This document shows positions 8,339 through 17,100 of a stretch of DNA of 64,000 bases, one piece after another (position 1 is the stretch's first letter; each line of letters starts with the position of its first letter). This stretch comes from a virus. The translations under genes and the position numbers were made by a program. The stretch spans positions 1 through 64,000 of IMG/VR virus record IMGVR_UViG_3300037493_001906. One strand, 5' to 3'. The notes beneath the pieces were generated by a model. It did no database searches and had not been told where the DNA came from. It was given only the letters and a program-made list of their open reading frames with translations.

Positions 8339-9358
8339 ATGTCTATACCAATTGAAGAACAGAATAAACTTATAGAACAGTTTTATTTCAAAAGACTTTA
8401 CTTAAGTTATTCTGCATTGAATAAATTTCTTTATTCTCCTACTACATATTATAATCAATATGTATTACAACTATGGGAGGAAAGAACAGATAGCTATCTT
8501 ATAGATGGCAAAGTGATCCATTGTCTTTTATTAGATAATGGATCATTTGATCAGCAGTTTAAATTATTACCAGGCAATCTCCCCACAGGTAATACTAGAA
8601 CTGTTGTAGATAAAGTGTATGCAAAGTATATAAGAGAAGATTCTAAAACAAGAGAAGTTAAAACTCTTGCCTCTATGGAAACTGACATTATAGAAGTATT
8701 AAAGGAGATAGGATTACATCAAGCTCTCAAAACTGACAAACAAAGAATTGAGAAGATTGTAAGTACTGAAACAGAAAGCTATTGGACTTTCCTAGAAACA
8801 AAGGGTAATAGAGATCTTATTGACCAAGAAACTTATGATAGATGCAATGAGTCTGTTCAAATTTTAAAAGCTAATCCAACAGTATATAACTTATTGGGAT
8901 TAGGTTTAACAGAATTTGATGAGGGTTATGAAGTTTATAATGAGCTATTGGTTAGTGTAGATACTACATTTAACTTTGGTATTAAAGGTATTATTGATAA
9001 TATTAAAATAGACTATTTCAAAAAGACTATTTTTATCAATGACCTTAAGACCACGGGTAAAACTATTACTGAGTTTCAAGACACAATACAGTTTTATAAT
9101 TACTGGATGCAAGCTGCAATATATACCAGACTAGTGTTTGGTCAATGGTTTCAGCAGTTGACTCCTGATTGGAAGGTTCAATTTACATTTATTGTAATTG
9201 ATAAGTATAATCAGGTATATCCATTTGAAGTATCAGAAGCAACCATGTTATCATGGCAGGAGAAATTAGAAGGCAAACTACAGGAATTTGATTGGCACTA
9301 TACCAATAAAGATTATTCACTACCTTATGCATTTCTAACAGGTCAAATTATATTATAA
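8339..9358 (+). CDS. PD-(D/E)XK (RecB-family) exonuclease
   Basis: LSYSAL start, GKVIH, KGIIDNIKID, DLKTT and YWMQAAIY motifs. Confidence 0.85.
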   Translation: MSIPIEEQNKLIEQFYFKRLYLSYSALNKFLYSPTTYYNQYVLQLWEERTDSYLIDGKVIHCLLLDNGSFDQQFKLLPGNLPTGNTRTVVDKVYAKYIREDSKTREVKTLASMETDIIEVLKEIGLHQALKTDKQRIEKIVSTETESYWTFLETKGNRDLIDQETYDRCNESVQILKANPTVYNLLGLGLTEFDEGYEVYNELLVSVDTTFNFGIKGIIDNIKIDYFKKTIFINDLKTTGKTITEFQDTIQFYNYWMQAAIYTRLVFGQWFQQLTPDWKVQFTFIVIDKYNQVYPFEVSEATMLSWQEKLEGKLQEFDWHYTNKDYSLPYAFLTGQIIL

Positions 9359-9360
9359 TT

Positions 9361-9924
9361 ATGAAAATTAAATCTTTATACAAGGAGTATTTCCAAAAGA
9401 GTAGGGTGTTTCTATACCCAGCTCTTGATATTAAAAGAGGAGTTAGTGTGACTCCAATGGAAACTTATATGTCTTGGGAGGGTAACTATGCTCTTTCAGA
9501 TGCTAAGTTGTGTTGCTTATATCATTTAAGAGATGATGATGAATTTAATGTCTTTGAGAAGCATAAACTATTGGGCAATAAATTGTTCCATGACTTTAAG
9601 CAAGTAGAAGATAAAAAAGGAGTTTATATATTTGACTTCAGTTCCTTATCTGAAGATTGGAATGCTGTAGTAAATGGCAAGTATTCCAAACTCTCAAATG
9701 ATTATAAGAAAAAGATAAGAAACTATATAGGATTAAGCAGTCCTAATCTTCCTTATATAGATTCATTCCTCTATCCACTTAGGTATATTCCGTTATATGC
9801 TGAGATGATGGATGTAAGTGAATCCTTATTATTGGAGGTAGGAGAATTATGTTCCCTGCCAGATTTTGATTTAGAGACACTTAAAATTTCTATATTAAAT
9901 CTAGAATTAAAAGAAAATGTTTAA
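9361..9924 (+). CDS. Hypothetical protein (187 aa)
   Basis: Long ORF in the replication operon; no recognisable motif. Confidence 0.8.
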   Translation: MKIKSLYKEYFQKSRVFLYPALDIKRGVSVTPMETYMSWEGNYALSDAKLCCLYHLRDDDEFNVFEKHKLLGNKLFHDFKQVEDKKGVYIFDFSSLSEDWNAVVNGKYSKLSNDYKKKIRNYIGLSSPNLPYIDSFLYPLRYIPLYAEMMDVSESLLLEVGELCSLPDFDLETLKISILNLELKENV

Positions 9925-9951
9925 TTTAGCATCAAATTTAAAACTCAATTT

Positions 9952-10362
9952 ATGTCAGTAAAACCAACAATGTTGCTTGTCACTAGCCTGTGGCAAGAAA
10001 AGAAATCTTTTAGGTTAATGCCTATTAGTGTTGAATGTCCTTTCTCAGAAGGTATTTATGATCCTGATTCTAAAGTACTTGTTGTTATGTCAATAACTAC
10101 TAAAGAATCTGTACACATGCTTCCTAAGTTAGATGATAATGGAGACCCTACAAAAGCCAAAGGTCCAAGACAAAATGGTAAACTATATAGAGAACACAGA
10201 GTTACTCTAGATACTTACAATGAACATTACATCATGGAAAAAGAAGAGATAGAAAACTTCATTAACATGTTTGCTGTCAATGCTAAAGACTTTAACTATG
10301 GTACTTTTATGTCAGGTATTGTTACTCCTGATGTATCTAATATCCAAATTGTAAGTAAATAA
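9952..10362 (+). CDS. Hypothetical protein (136 aa)
   Basis: ORF with an A/T-rich leader; no recognisable motif. Confidence 0.8.
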   Translation: MSVKPTMLLVTSLWQEKKSFRLMPISVECPFSEGIYDPDSKVLVVMSITTKESVHMLPKLDDNGDPTKAKGPRQNGKLYREHRVTLDTYNEHYIMEKEEIENFINMFAVNAKDFNYGTFMSGIVTPDVSNIQIVSK

Positions 10363-10374
10363 ATAAACTAGTAT

Positions 10375-10421
10375 CTAGCAGGACAACGGTATGTTGTGTG
10401 TGTTCATACTAGTCCTGCTAG
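10375..10421 (+). promoter_or_regulatory. Stem-loop in the intergenic region upstream of the DNA polymerase gene
   Basis: Perfect 10-bp inverted repeat CTAGCAGGAC (10375-10384)/GTCCTGCTAG (10412-10421) with an inner GTATG/CATAC stem. No U-tract follows. Confidence 0.6.
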
Positions 10422-10436
10422 TATATTAGTATTAAC

Positions 10437-10457
10437 ATGGGGGAACAGCTTAACTGA
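10437..10457 (+). other. Mini upstream ORF MGEQLN*, in frame with the polymerase start
   Basis: ATG GGG GAA CAG CTT AAC TGA ACA AGA CAT ATG(10467). Confidence 0.35.
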
Positions 10458-10466
10458 ACAAGACAT

Positions 10467-12380
10467 ATGGAAAGAAACCCAACTAATTGGGTCATGGACT
10501 ACGAGACCATGATTAATTGCACAGTAGCGTGCTTTGAGGATTATAAAACAGAGGAAACCAAAACCTTTATAATCCATGAATTACAAAATGATTTTCTAGA
10601 ACTATATCAGTTTCTTGAAGAAAATAAGAAGTACAAAGAAAGACACATTAGCTTTAATGGATTAGGATTTGATAGCCAAATAACTGAATTTATTCTTAGG
10701 AATAAAGGTATGTTTAATTGGATGTCAGCTCCTGAGATTTGTACTGCTATCTATTTAAAAGCCCAAGAAATTATTAGTAAGCAAGATACTGGAGAGTTCA
10801 ATGAGTTTAGTGAAAAGGATTTGTCTATACAACAGATAGATGTTTTTAAACTAAATCATTGGGATAACCCAGCTAAAAGATCTTCTCTTAAGTGGATTCA
10901 GTATAGTATGGATTGGGATAATATCCAAGAAATGCCTATACACCATGACACTATTATTAATACTAGAGAACAGTTAGACTTAATTGTTGGCTATTGTAGA
11001 AATGATGTGAAGTCCACCAAGAGAATAATGGAGTTGAGTAAAGACCAAATTAATCTTAGAGCCCAACTTACTAAAGATTATGGAATCAATCTTTATAATG
11101 CTTCTGAGCCTAGAATATCTAAGGAATTGTTTCTTCATTTCCTATCTGAAAAGACAGGTATGAAAAAGTATGACCTTAGACAAGGTAGAACAAAGAGATC
11201 TAATATGTCTATTAGAGATATTATATTGCCTTATGTTAATTTCAAGACCCCAATATTTCAGGACTTACTTGATAACTTTAAACAAGTAGTAGTAGACCCT
11301 AACAATACTAAGGGTGGGTTTAAGTATTCAATTAAATATAAAGGAGTAAAAACTGACTTTGGTTTAGGTGGTGTACATGGTGCTAGAGACAGTGGTATCT
11401 ATGAGTCAACTGAGGATATGATTATTATGACTTCAGATGTTACAAGCTTCTATCCAAATTTAGCAATCAGAAATAAGTGGGCCCCTGCTCATCTTCCTCA
11501 AAAGGAATTTATAGATCAGTATGAGTGGTTCTTTGATGAAAGAAAAGTTATACCTAAGAAGGATCCACGTAATTATGTGTATAAGATTATTCTAAATAGT
11601 ACTTATGGTCTAAGCAATGACAAGAATGCATTCCTGTATGACCCAGAGTTTACTATGAAGATTACTATGAATGGCCAACTTACACTAATGATGCTCTATG
11701 AAATGCTTGCTGAGGGGATACCAAATTGTGTACCTCTAATGCAGAATACAGATGGTGTAGAAATGATTATACCTAAAGAGTATAAGGAAAAGTATCTATC
11801 TATTTGTGCTGAGTGGGAGAAGATAACTAATCTCCAACTTGAACATGACGAGTATAGCAAGATGATATTGGCAGATGTCAATAATTATATTGCTGTTAAC
11901 AAAGCAGGTAAGTACAAATGTAAAGGTAGGTTTGAGTTTGAAGACCTTGCTCTACATAAGAACAAGAGTTTCTTAATAGTACCCAAAGCAATATTCAATT
12001 ATTTTGTTAATGATATTCCACCTGAAAGATTTCTAATGGAGAACAAAAATATATTTGATTATTGTGGAGGAGTAAAGATTAAAGGAGATTGGAAGTTTAT
12101 GCAAACATGTGTTGTAGATGGCCATATTGTTCATGAACCTTTACAAAAAACTATTAGATATTATGTATCTGAAAAGGGTTGCAAAATTATTAAAGTAAAT
12201 AAAACTGACAGAAGAGAGATTCAACTTGAGTCAGGTAAATGGTTAGTTACTGATTTTAGTAAGTCAGTACAGTTACCATGGGAAGAGTATGGGATAGATG
12301 AATCTTATTATCTAGACAAGATATATAGAGAGATTTATAACATAGTTCCTAAAGTATCAAATCAATTAACACTATTTTAA
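10467..12380 (+). CDS. DNA polymerase, family B (637 aa)
   Basis: Exo I DYET, Exo II FNGLGFD, Exo III YCRND; polymerase motifs SDVTSFYPN, KIILNSTYG and QNTDG. Confidence 0.93.
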   Translation: MERNPTNWVMDYETMINCTVACFEDYKTEETKTFIIHELQNDFLELYQFLEENKKYKERHISFNGLGFDSQITEFILRNKGMFNWMSAPEICTAIYLKAQEIISKQDTGEFNEFSEKDLSIQQIDVFKLNHWDNPAKRSSLKWIQYSMDWDNIQEMPIHHDTIINTREQLDLIVGYCRNDVKSTKRIMELSKDQINLRAQLTKDYGINLYNASEPRISKELFLHFLSEKTGMKKYDLRQGRTKRSNMSIRDIILPYVNFKTPIFQDLLDNFKQVVVDPNNTKGGFKYSIKYKGVKTDFGLGGVHGARDSGIYESTEDMIIMTSDVTSFYPNLAIRNKWAPAHLPQKEFIDQYEWFFDERKVIPKKDPRNYVYKIILNSTYGLSNDKNAFLYDPEFTMKITMNGQLTLMMLYEMLAEGIPNCVPLMQNTDGVEMIIPKEYKEKYLSICAEWEKITNLQLEHDEYSKMILADVNNYIAVNKAGKYKCKGRFEFEDLALHKNKSFLIVPKAIFNYFVNDIPPERFLMENKNIFDYCGGVKIKGDWKFMQTCVVDGHIVHEPLQKTIRYYVSEKGCKIIKVNKTDRREIQLESGKWLVTDFSKSVQLPWEEYGIDESYYLDKIYREIYNIVPKVSNQLTLF

Positions 12381-12387
12381 AAACATA

Positions 12388-13527
12388 ATGGAAATGGCAA
12401 AAAGACCAATCTTAACAACACAAGAGTATTTAATTAATGCTGCACTTCCAGAGGCTACAGATACCTATACTGTAATTCCTCATGGAACTATTATTGACAC
12501 AACAAGAACTGCCCTTAAAGCAAAGGGCTTAGAGATAGAGCGTGAGCTTTATCGTTGCAATGAAGGTGCACAAATTGCATCTGGTATATATCATATTAAA
12601 CATGGTAATGACCCTGATATGGGTATGTTATTTGCGTGGACTAATTCATATGATAAGTCTACAAAGTTTAAGTGCACTATGGGTGGATATGTACATGAAT
12701 CTTTATCTACAGTAGTTGGAGGTAATATGGGTTCTTGGGGTAGAAAACACACAGGTAATGCAGATAACCTTGCACTAAATCAAATTGATGACCAAATTAC
12801 AAATGCAGATACTTATTTTGCTCAGCTAATTGCAGAGAAAGATATTATGAAAACTATCTCTATTACAGAACAAAATAGAGCAGAACTAATGGGTAGAATT
12901 TATTTTATCCATGAGCTTTTGACTGGTGAGCAATTGTCTTTGGTTAAACAACAATTTGAAAATCCATCCTTTACTTATTCAGGCGTAGATAACTCTCTAT
13001 GGAAAATGTATAACAACATTATCTTTGCTCTACAGAAGGCACATCCAAGAACTTGGTTAGACCAACAAAGGATGATTCATTGGTTCCTTATGCAGAATAC
13101 TACATCAGGACAAACAGTAAGTCCAAGTGTAGTCACACAGGATAGCATTGTCACTGAAAGTAATCCTCAAGTAAGTCCAAATCAATTATCATTACTAGAC
13201 CAAATTGAGGAAATGCAATCTCAAGAAGCTTATTCTGTAAATGAAATTGAAACTGTACTAGGTCATCAAGTAATTAGCCAAGTATATTCTGGTTCTGATT
13301 TTGATATTGATAGCAATATTCAAGCAGATGAAGAAGCAGATATGATGAAGGTTGAGGAAGTTGAAGTAGAGAGAGAAGAAGAAACAACACCAATGCCAGC
13401 AGAAGGTATTGATGATTGGGCTAATGATACTTGGCCTTGCCTAGGTTGTAATGAAACTCAAGCACCTACAGCAATGTTCTTTGATGGTCAATTATGTCAA
13501 TCTTGTTATACCAAACAGAATGGATAA
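12388..13527 (+). CDS. DUF932-like protein with an acidic tail and C-terminal CxxC...CxxC finger (379 aa)
   Basis: TYTVIPH, WTNSYDKS and GSWGRKHTG resemble DUF932; acidic low-complexity region; CLGC...CQSC at the end. Confidence 0.6.
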   Translation: MEMAKRPILTTQEYLINAALPEATDTYTVIPHGTIIDTTRTALKAKGLEIERELYRCNEGAQIASGIYHIKHGNDPDMGMLFAWTNSYDKSTKFKCTMGGYVHESLSTVVGGNMGSWGRKHTGNADNLALNQIDDQITNADTYFAQLIAEKDIMKTISITEQNRAELMGRIYFIHELLTGEQLSLVKQQFENPSFTYSGVDNSLWKMYNNIIFALQKAHPRTWLDQQRMIHWFLMQNTTSGQTVSPSVVTQDSIVTESNPQVSPNQLSLLDQIEEMQSQEAYSVNEIETVLGHQVISQVYSGSDFDIDSNIQADEEADMMKVEEVEVEREEETTPMPAEGIDDWANDTWPCLGCNETQAPTAMFFDGQLCQSCYTKQNG

Positions 13528-13762
13528 ATCAACAGTATGTCCACATTGTGGATTTGAAATCAGTCAGTATCAGGGATTAACTCTCCCTGATACTACTCCT
13601 GAAGAAGGAGACATTACTATATGTGGAGAATGTAAAGATTGGAGCATATATATTGATGGTAAACTAGAAGTACCTAGTGATGCTGTTAAAACAGAAATGC
13701 CAAAAGAGTTCCGTGAAGATTTAGAAATTATAATTAAAAATCTAAAAAAGAAAAATGGATAG
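13520..13762 (+). CDS. Small Zn-ribbon protein (80 aa)
   Basis: CPHC...CGEC. The start is reassigned to the ATG at 13520, overlapping the upstream stop region, instead of the track's 13451. Confidence 0.7.
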   Translation: MDKSTVCPHCGFEISQYQGLTLPDTTPEEGDITICGECKDWSIYIDGKLEVPSDAVKTEMPKEFREDLEIIIKNLKKKNG

Positions 13763-14117
13763 AGAAAATTTTAATAAAATTGTAGAAGCTAGATGTGAAT
13801 CAATTAAAACTACTCTAGTTAAAAAGAGTGAAGAATACTCTACAGTTAATAATGTATTTCATAATTTTGATGACTCAGTAGGAATAGCATTTGCAAAATC
13901 TCCAGAGATGGTGGCCTGGGAATATATGACCAAGCATCTACAATCTATTAGAGACTTAGTAGAACAAACTCAACACGGCTATGCAGGTTTTCCTAAAGAA
14001 GAAATGATAAATGAAAAGATTGGTGATGCAGTCAATTATCTAATATTAATTGAAGGCATGTTTAAACAAAGAATAAAAGAATATAATAATAGAGGAATAA
14101 ATAATTATCCTTTTTAA
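13755..14117 (+). CDS. All-alpha NTP pyrophosphohydrolase-like protein (DUF1599/MazG-like, 120 aa)
   Basis: KKSEEY...HNF...KHLQS...EKIGDAVNYLIL pattern typical of this fold in phages. Confidence 0.55.
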   Translation: MDRENFNKIVEARCESIKTTLVKKSEEYSTVNNVFHNFDDSVGIAFAKSPEMVAWEYMTKHLQSIRDLVEQTQHGYAGFPKEEMINEKIGDAVNYLILIEGMFKQRIKEYNNRGINNYPF

Positions 14118-14136
14118 AATTGTGTGTGTGTTATAA

Positions 14137-14171
14137 GGGGAAGGGCTTCGTGCTCTTCCCCTTTTTTTTTT
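14137..14171 (+). terminator. Rho-independent terminator at the convergence of the early (+) and late (-) gene blocks; possibly bidirectional
   Basis: Stem GGGGAAGGGC-TTCGT-GCTCTTCCCC followed by T10; its last base abuts the stop of the 1934 aa gene. Confidence 0.9.
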
Positions 14172-17100
14172 CAATTTCCCTTTTTAGTTGAAATAGTATT
14201 GGCTTTACTAAAGTTGGTAAGCATTTGAGCAGGGTCAGTATTAGAACCATTAAGTCCAAATGATTTACCAAAATGATTCCATACCTTATCACTGCCTTGT
14301 TGTTGCCAATCATAATTACCAACTCTTCTAGCATACTCAGCACGCTTATCTCCTGTCATAGAAAAATATATATCTGTTAATATATTCTGATAAGTATCTG
14401 TAGTAGGACCAAATGCTATTGACTTAAGATCAACAACAGAAGATATATCATCTAAGCCCCAACCAATCAAAGGAATAAATTGATCATTCTCAGATTTTAC
14501 TTGAAGCAATTGATTTAATATATGTAAGTTTATAAAACCTCCAAAATCAAATTCACCTGCTTCAGATGAAGTGAAAGGTATAGGAAGAGGTCCACTCATT
14601 TGTCTAAGCTTTTCATATCTATCTTCATCATCATCATCCCAACCAAACATAGAACTTGCAAGCCACATTAATATCATTAAGCTTATAACTTCCATAGATG
14701 TTTTAATTATAGCTTTTCTATCCTGAGTAGTTAAGTCTGCAAAGTTGGCTGTCTTAAAAAATTTAAGTATACCTTGCACAGCAGTTAAATAATAACCCTG
14801 GTCAATCTCTCCATAGCCAATGTTCCATCTTTTTTTACCATACCTATTCATAAGCATAGTAGTAAAATATCTTTTTAACCAAGTAACCATTCTACCTAAA
14901 AGGTATCTTTGCATCTCAGGTTGGTCAAGTTTTGAATAAGCACCATTTTGTTTATTCATAACTACATGTATCCTACTTTTAAAGTCTTTAAACTTTTGAC
15001 CAACTAACATCTCTCCCTGTTCATTATAAGTAATGCCCCACTCAGGATCAACACCTTCTTTAAGTTGAATCTTTCCATCTCTTAGTTCCCATGCATCCAT
15101 ATAGTTAATGGTTTTATTACCCATAGGAATTTTCTTAGTATACATCATTGCAGCAAAAGTCTGCATAGTTGCTTGTACCTCAGTCCATGCACGGAAGTTT
15201 GTTAACCATGACATAGATGCTGCATCTTTTAATAGAGTCCTAGTTGTAGCTTCACCAAACTTCTTACGGAATCTGTCTTGACTTGGATCAAATATCTCAG
15301 CAAGCTGATGCTGTAATCCTCTATCTCCTTTAGTATATGCATCACCAAAGGTTAATGCTCCCATATATTTAGTTGCCCATCCTTCACCCTTTATAAGATT
15401 AGGAGGAGTTATATCTGTACCAGCTGTTGATGTTATAAAAGCTTGGAACTTTGCACCCATTGCATTTTTAATAGCTGAAGGTATATTTAATGCAAAGAAA
15501 GAATGAGCAGCTCTTTTGAATAAAAAGTTTTGTGCTATTTGTAATTTTGCATTATCCTTTCCAAAACCTGTTGTAGTCTGACCTCTAAATTCTCTTTCAT
15601 AAAAATTATTAAATGTATCTCTTCTAACATATTTACCTTTCTTATTTAAATATGTTATTTCACCTGTGTTAATAAAATTACTTCTAACAATTTTATCAGG
15701 TTCTTTAAGATTGGTAGGGTCATTAAGAATATTTTTTAAACCCTGAGCAATAGGATTCATCTTAACTAATTGCTTATGATGTTCAGCACCATATAAATAT
15801 CTAAACATAGAATCTATAATATTTGTACTTACATCATCTACATCTAAGTTATAAAGACCTGATATAGGAATGTTTTCAATTTGATCTCCATATGCATCTG
15901 CTCTTACAAGCATATTATTTTCATCCCAATTCCATTGAGATTCACTTTCTTTACTAGTTCTTAATGTACGTATATACTCTTTAAGTCTTTCATATAACCA
16001 CATGATTGGATTATATGTAGGCTTTTTAGTTTTAACTTTTTCTTGAGTACCTACTTTTTCTTTTCTAGTTTGATAGCTTTCTAATGAAGATTTTTCAAAC
16101 CTTGGAAAATCTAAATAAAGTTTACCTTGTTTACCTAAACCTTCTTGATTCTTAATATGAACTTCTTTTAGTTTTTCTAATAGCTTAAACATCTTAGCAT
16201 CTTGAGAATTTTTATTTGTCTCATATGCTGTTTTTAATCTATGATATTCTTCATTCCTATATGGATTGTTTGGTACATTCTTAGGAAGAAACTCTCCTTT
16301 GTTATCTATGTGAAGACCAACAATCTTTTTTACTGCACCTTTAGTTCCATCCTCATTAACAATGCTAGCATCATATCCAGTTCTATATTCTTTTTTTACT
16401 GACCTAGAATAATACTTAAGCTTAGGTAAACCTTTTATTATTTCCTTTGTACCATCTAACTTTGTTATAGTAGTTGTTTCATAATACTTAGTATCATTAG
16501 GAACAATGTTATTCCAAACATATAGTCTCTCAAATGTATCTACCTTTTGCTTAGCTGCTTCACTATATGCACTTTTAGATATATGATTATTTAAAAACCA
16601 TTCTTGAAATTCAGGACTTTTCTCAGCCATCATATTAAGAAAGTCTTCATCATATATAGAGTTTATATTGTCAATAGTAAAGTAATTGTGTCCAAGTATA
16701 CTATATATATTATCATCAGCTACTTTAGATAACCAATAATTAGCAGCATCAAGATAATATTCTGTAGGGTCTTTTCTTTGAAGCTCATTTAGTTCTGCAA
16801 AATAAGTTCCTAAGTCTGCTTTTTCCTCAGCATTTAAACCTGAATTATCTTTCCTATTAAGTAATTCAAAATAGTATTTAAGTTCAGATTTTGAAAGAGC
16901 AGTCTTTTGTTTTTTTTGTGTAAGGTCAGTGAAGTCATTAAACTCTTCTACTGTAAGTCCAGTAAATCCTGCATACTCTTCCTTTGCTTTTTCAATTTCT
17001 TCTTGAGCTTTTTTTATTGTACCTATTCTTCCTTTAGGAATCTTATTACCAACAGGTTGTCCATCATCATCTCTATAGCCACTGGTTATGTCAATGATTG

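Noticed and set aside
8339-9358. Cas4-like nuclease as part of a CRISPR system
   Set aside because: No repeat-spacer array or other cas genes in the window, and no Fe-S Cys cluster. An ordinary phage PD-(D/E)XK nuclease fits.
14121-14130. (GT)5 microsatellite, and similar AC/GT runs at about 4228 and 10394
   Set aside because: Too short to indicate phase variation; intergenic and not linked to a clear promoter spacing.
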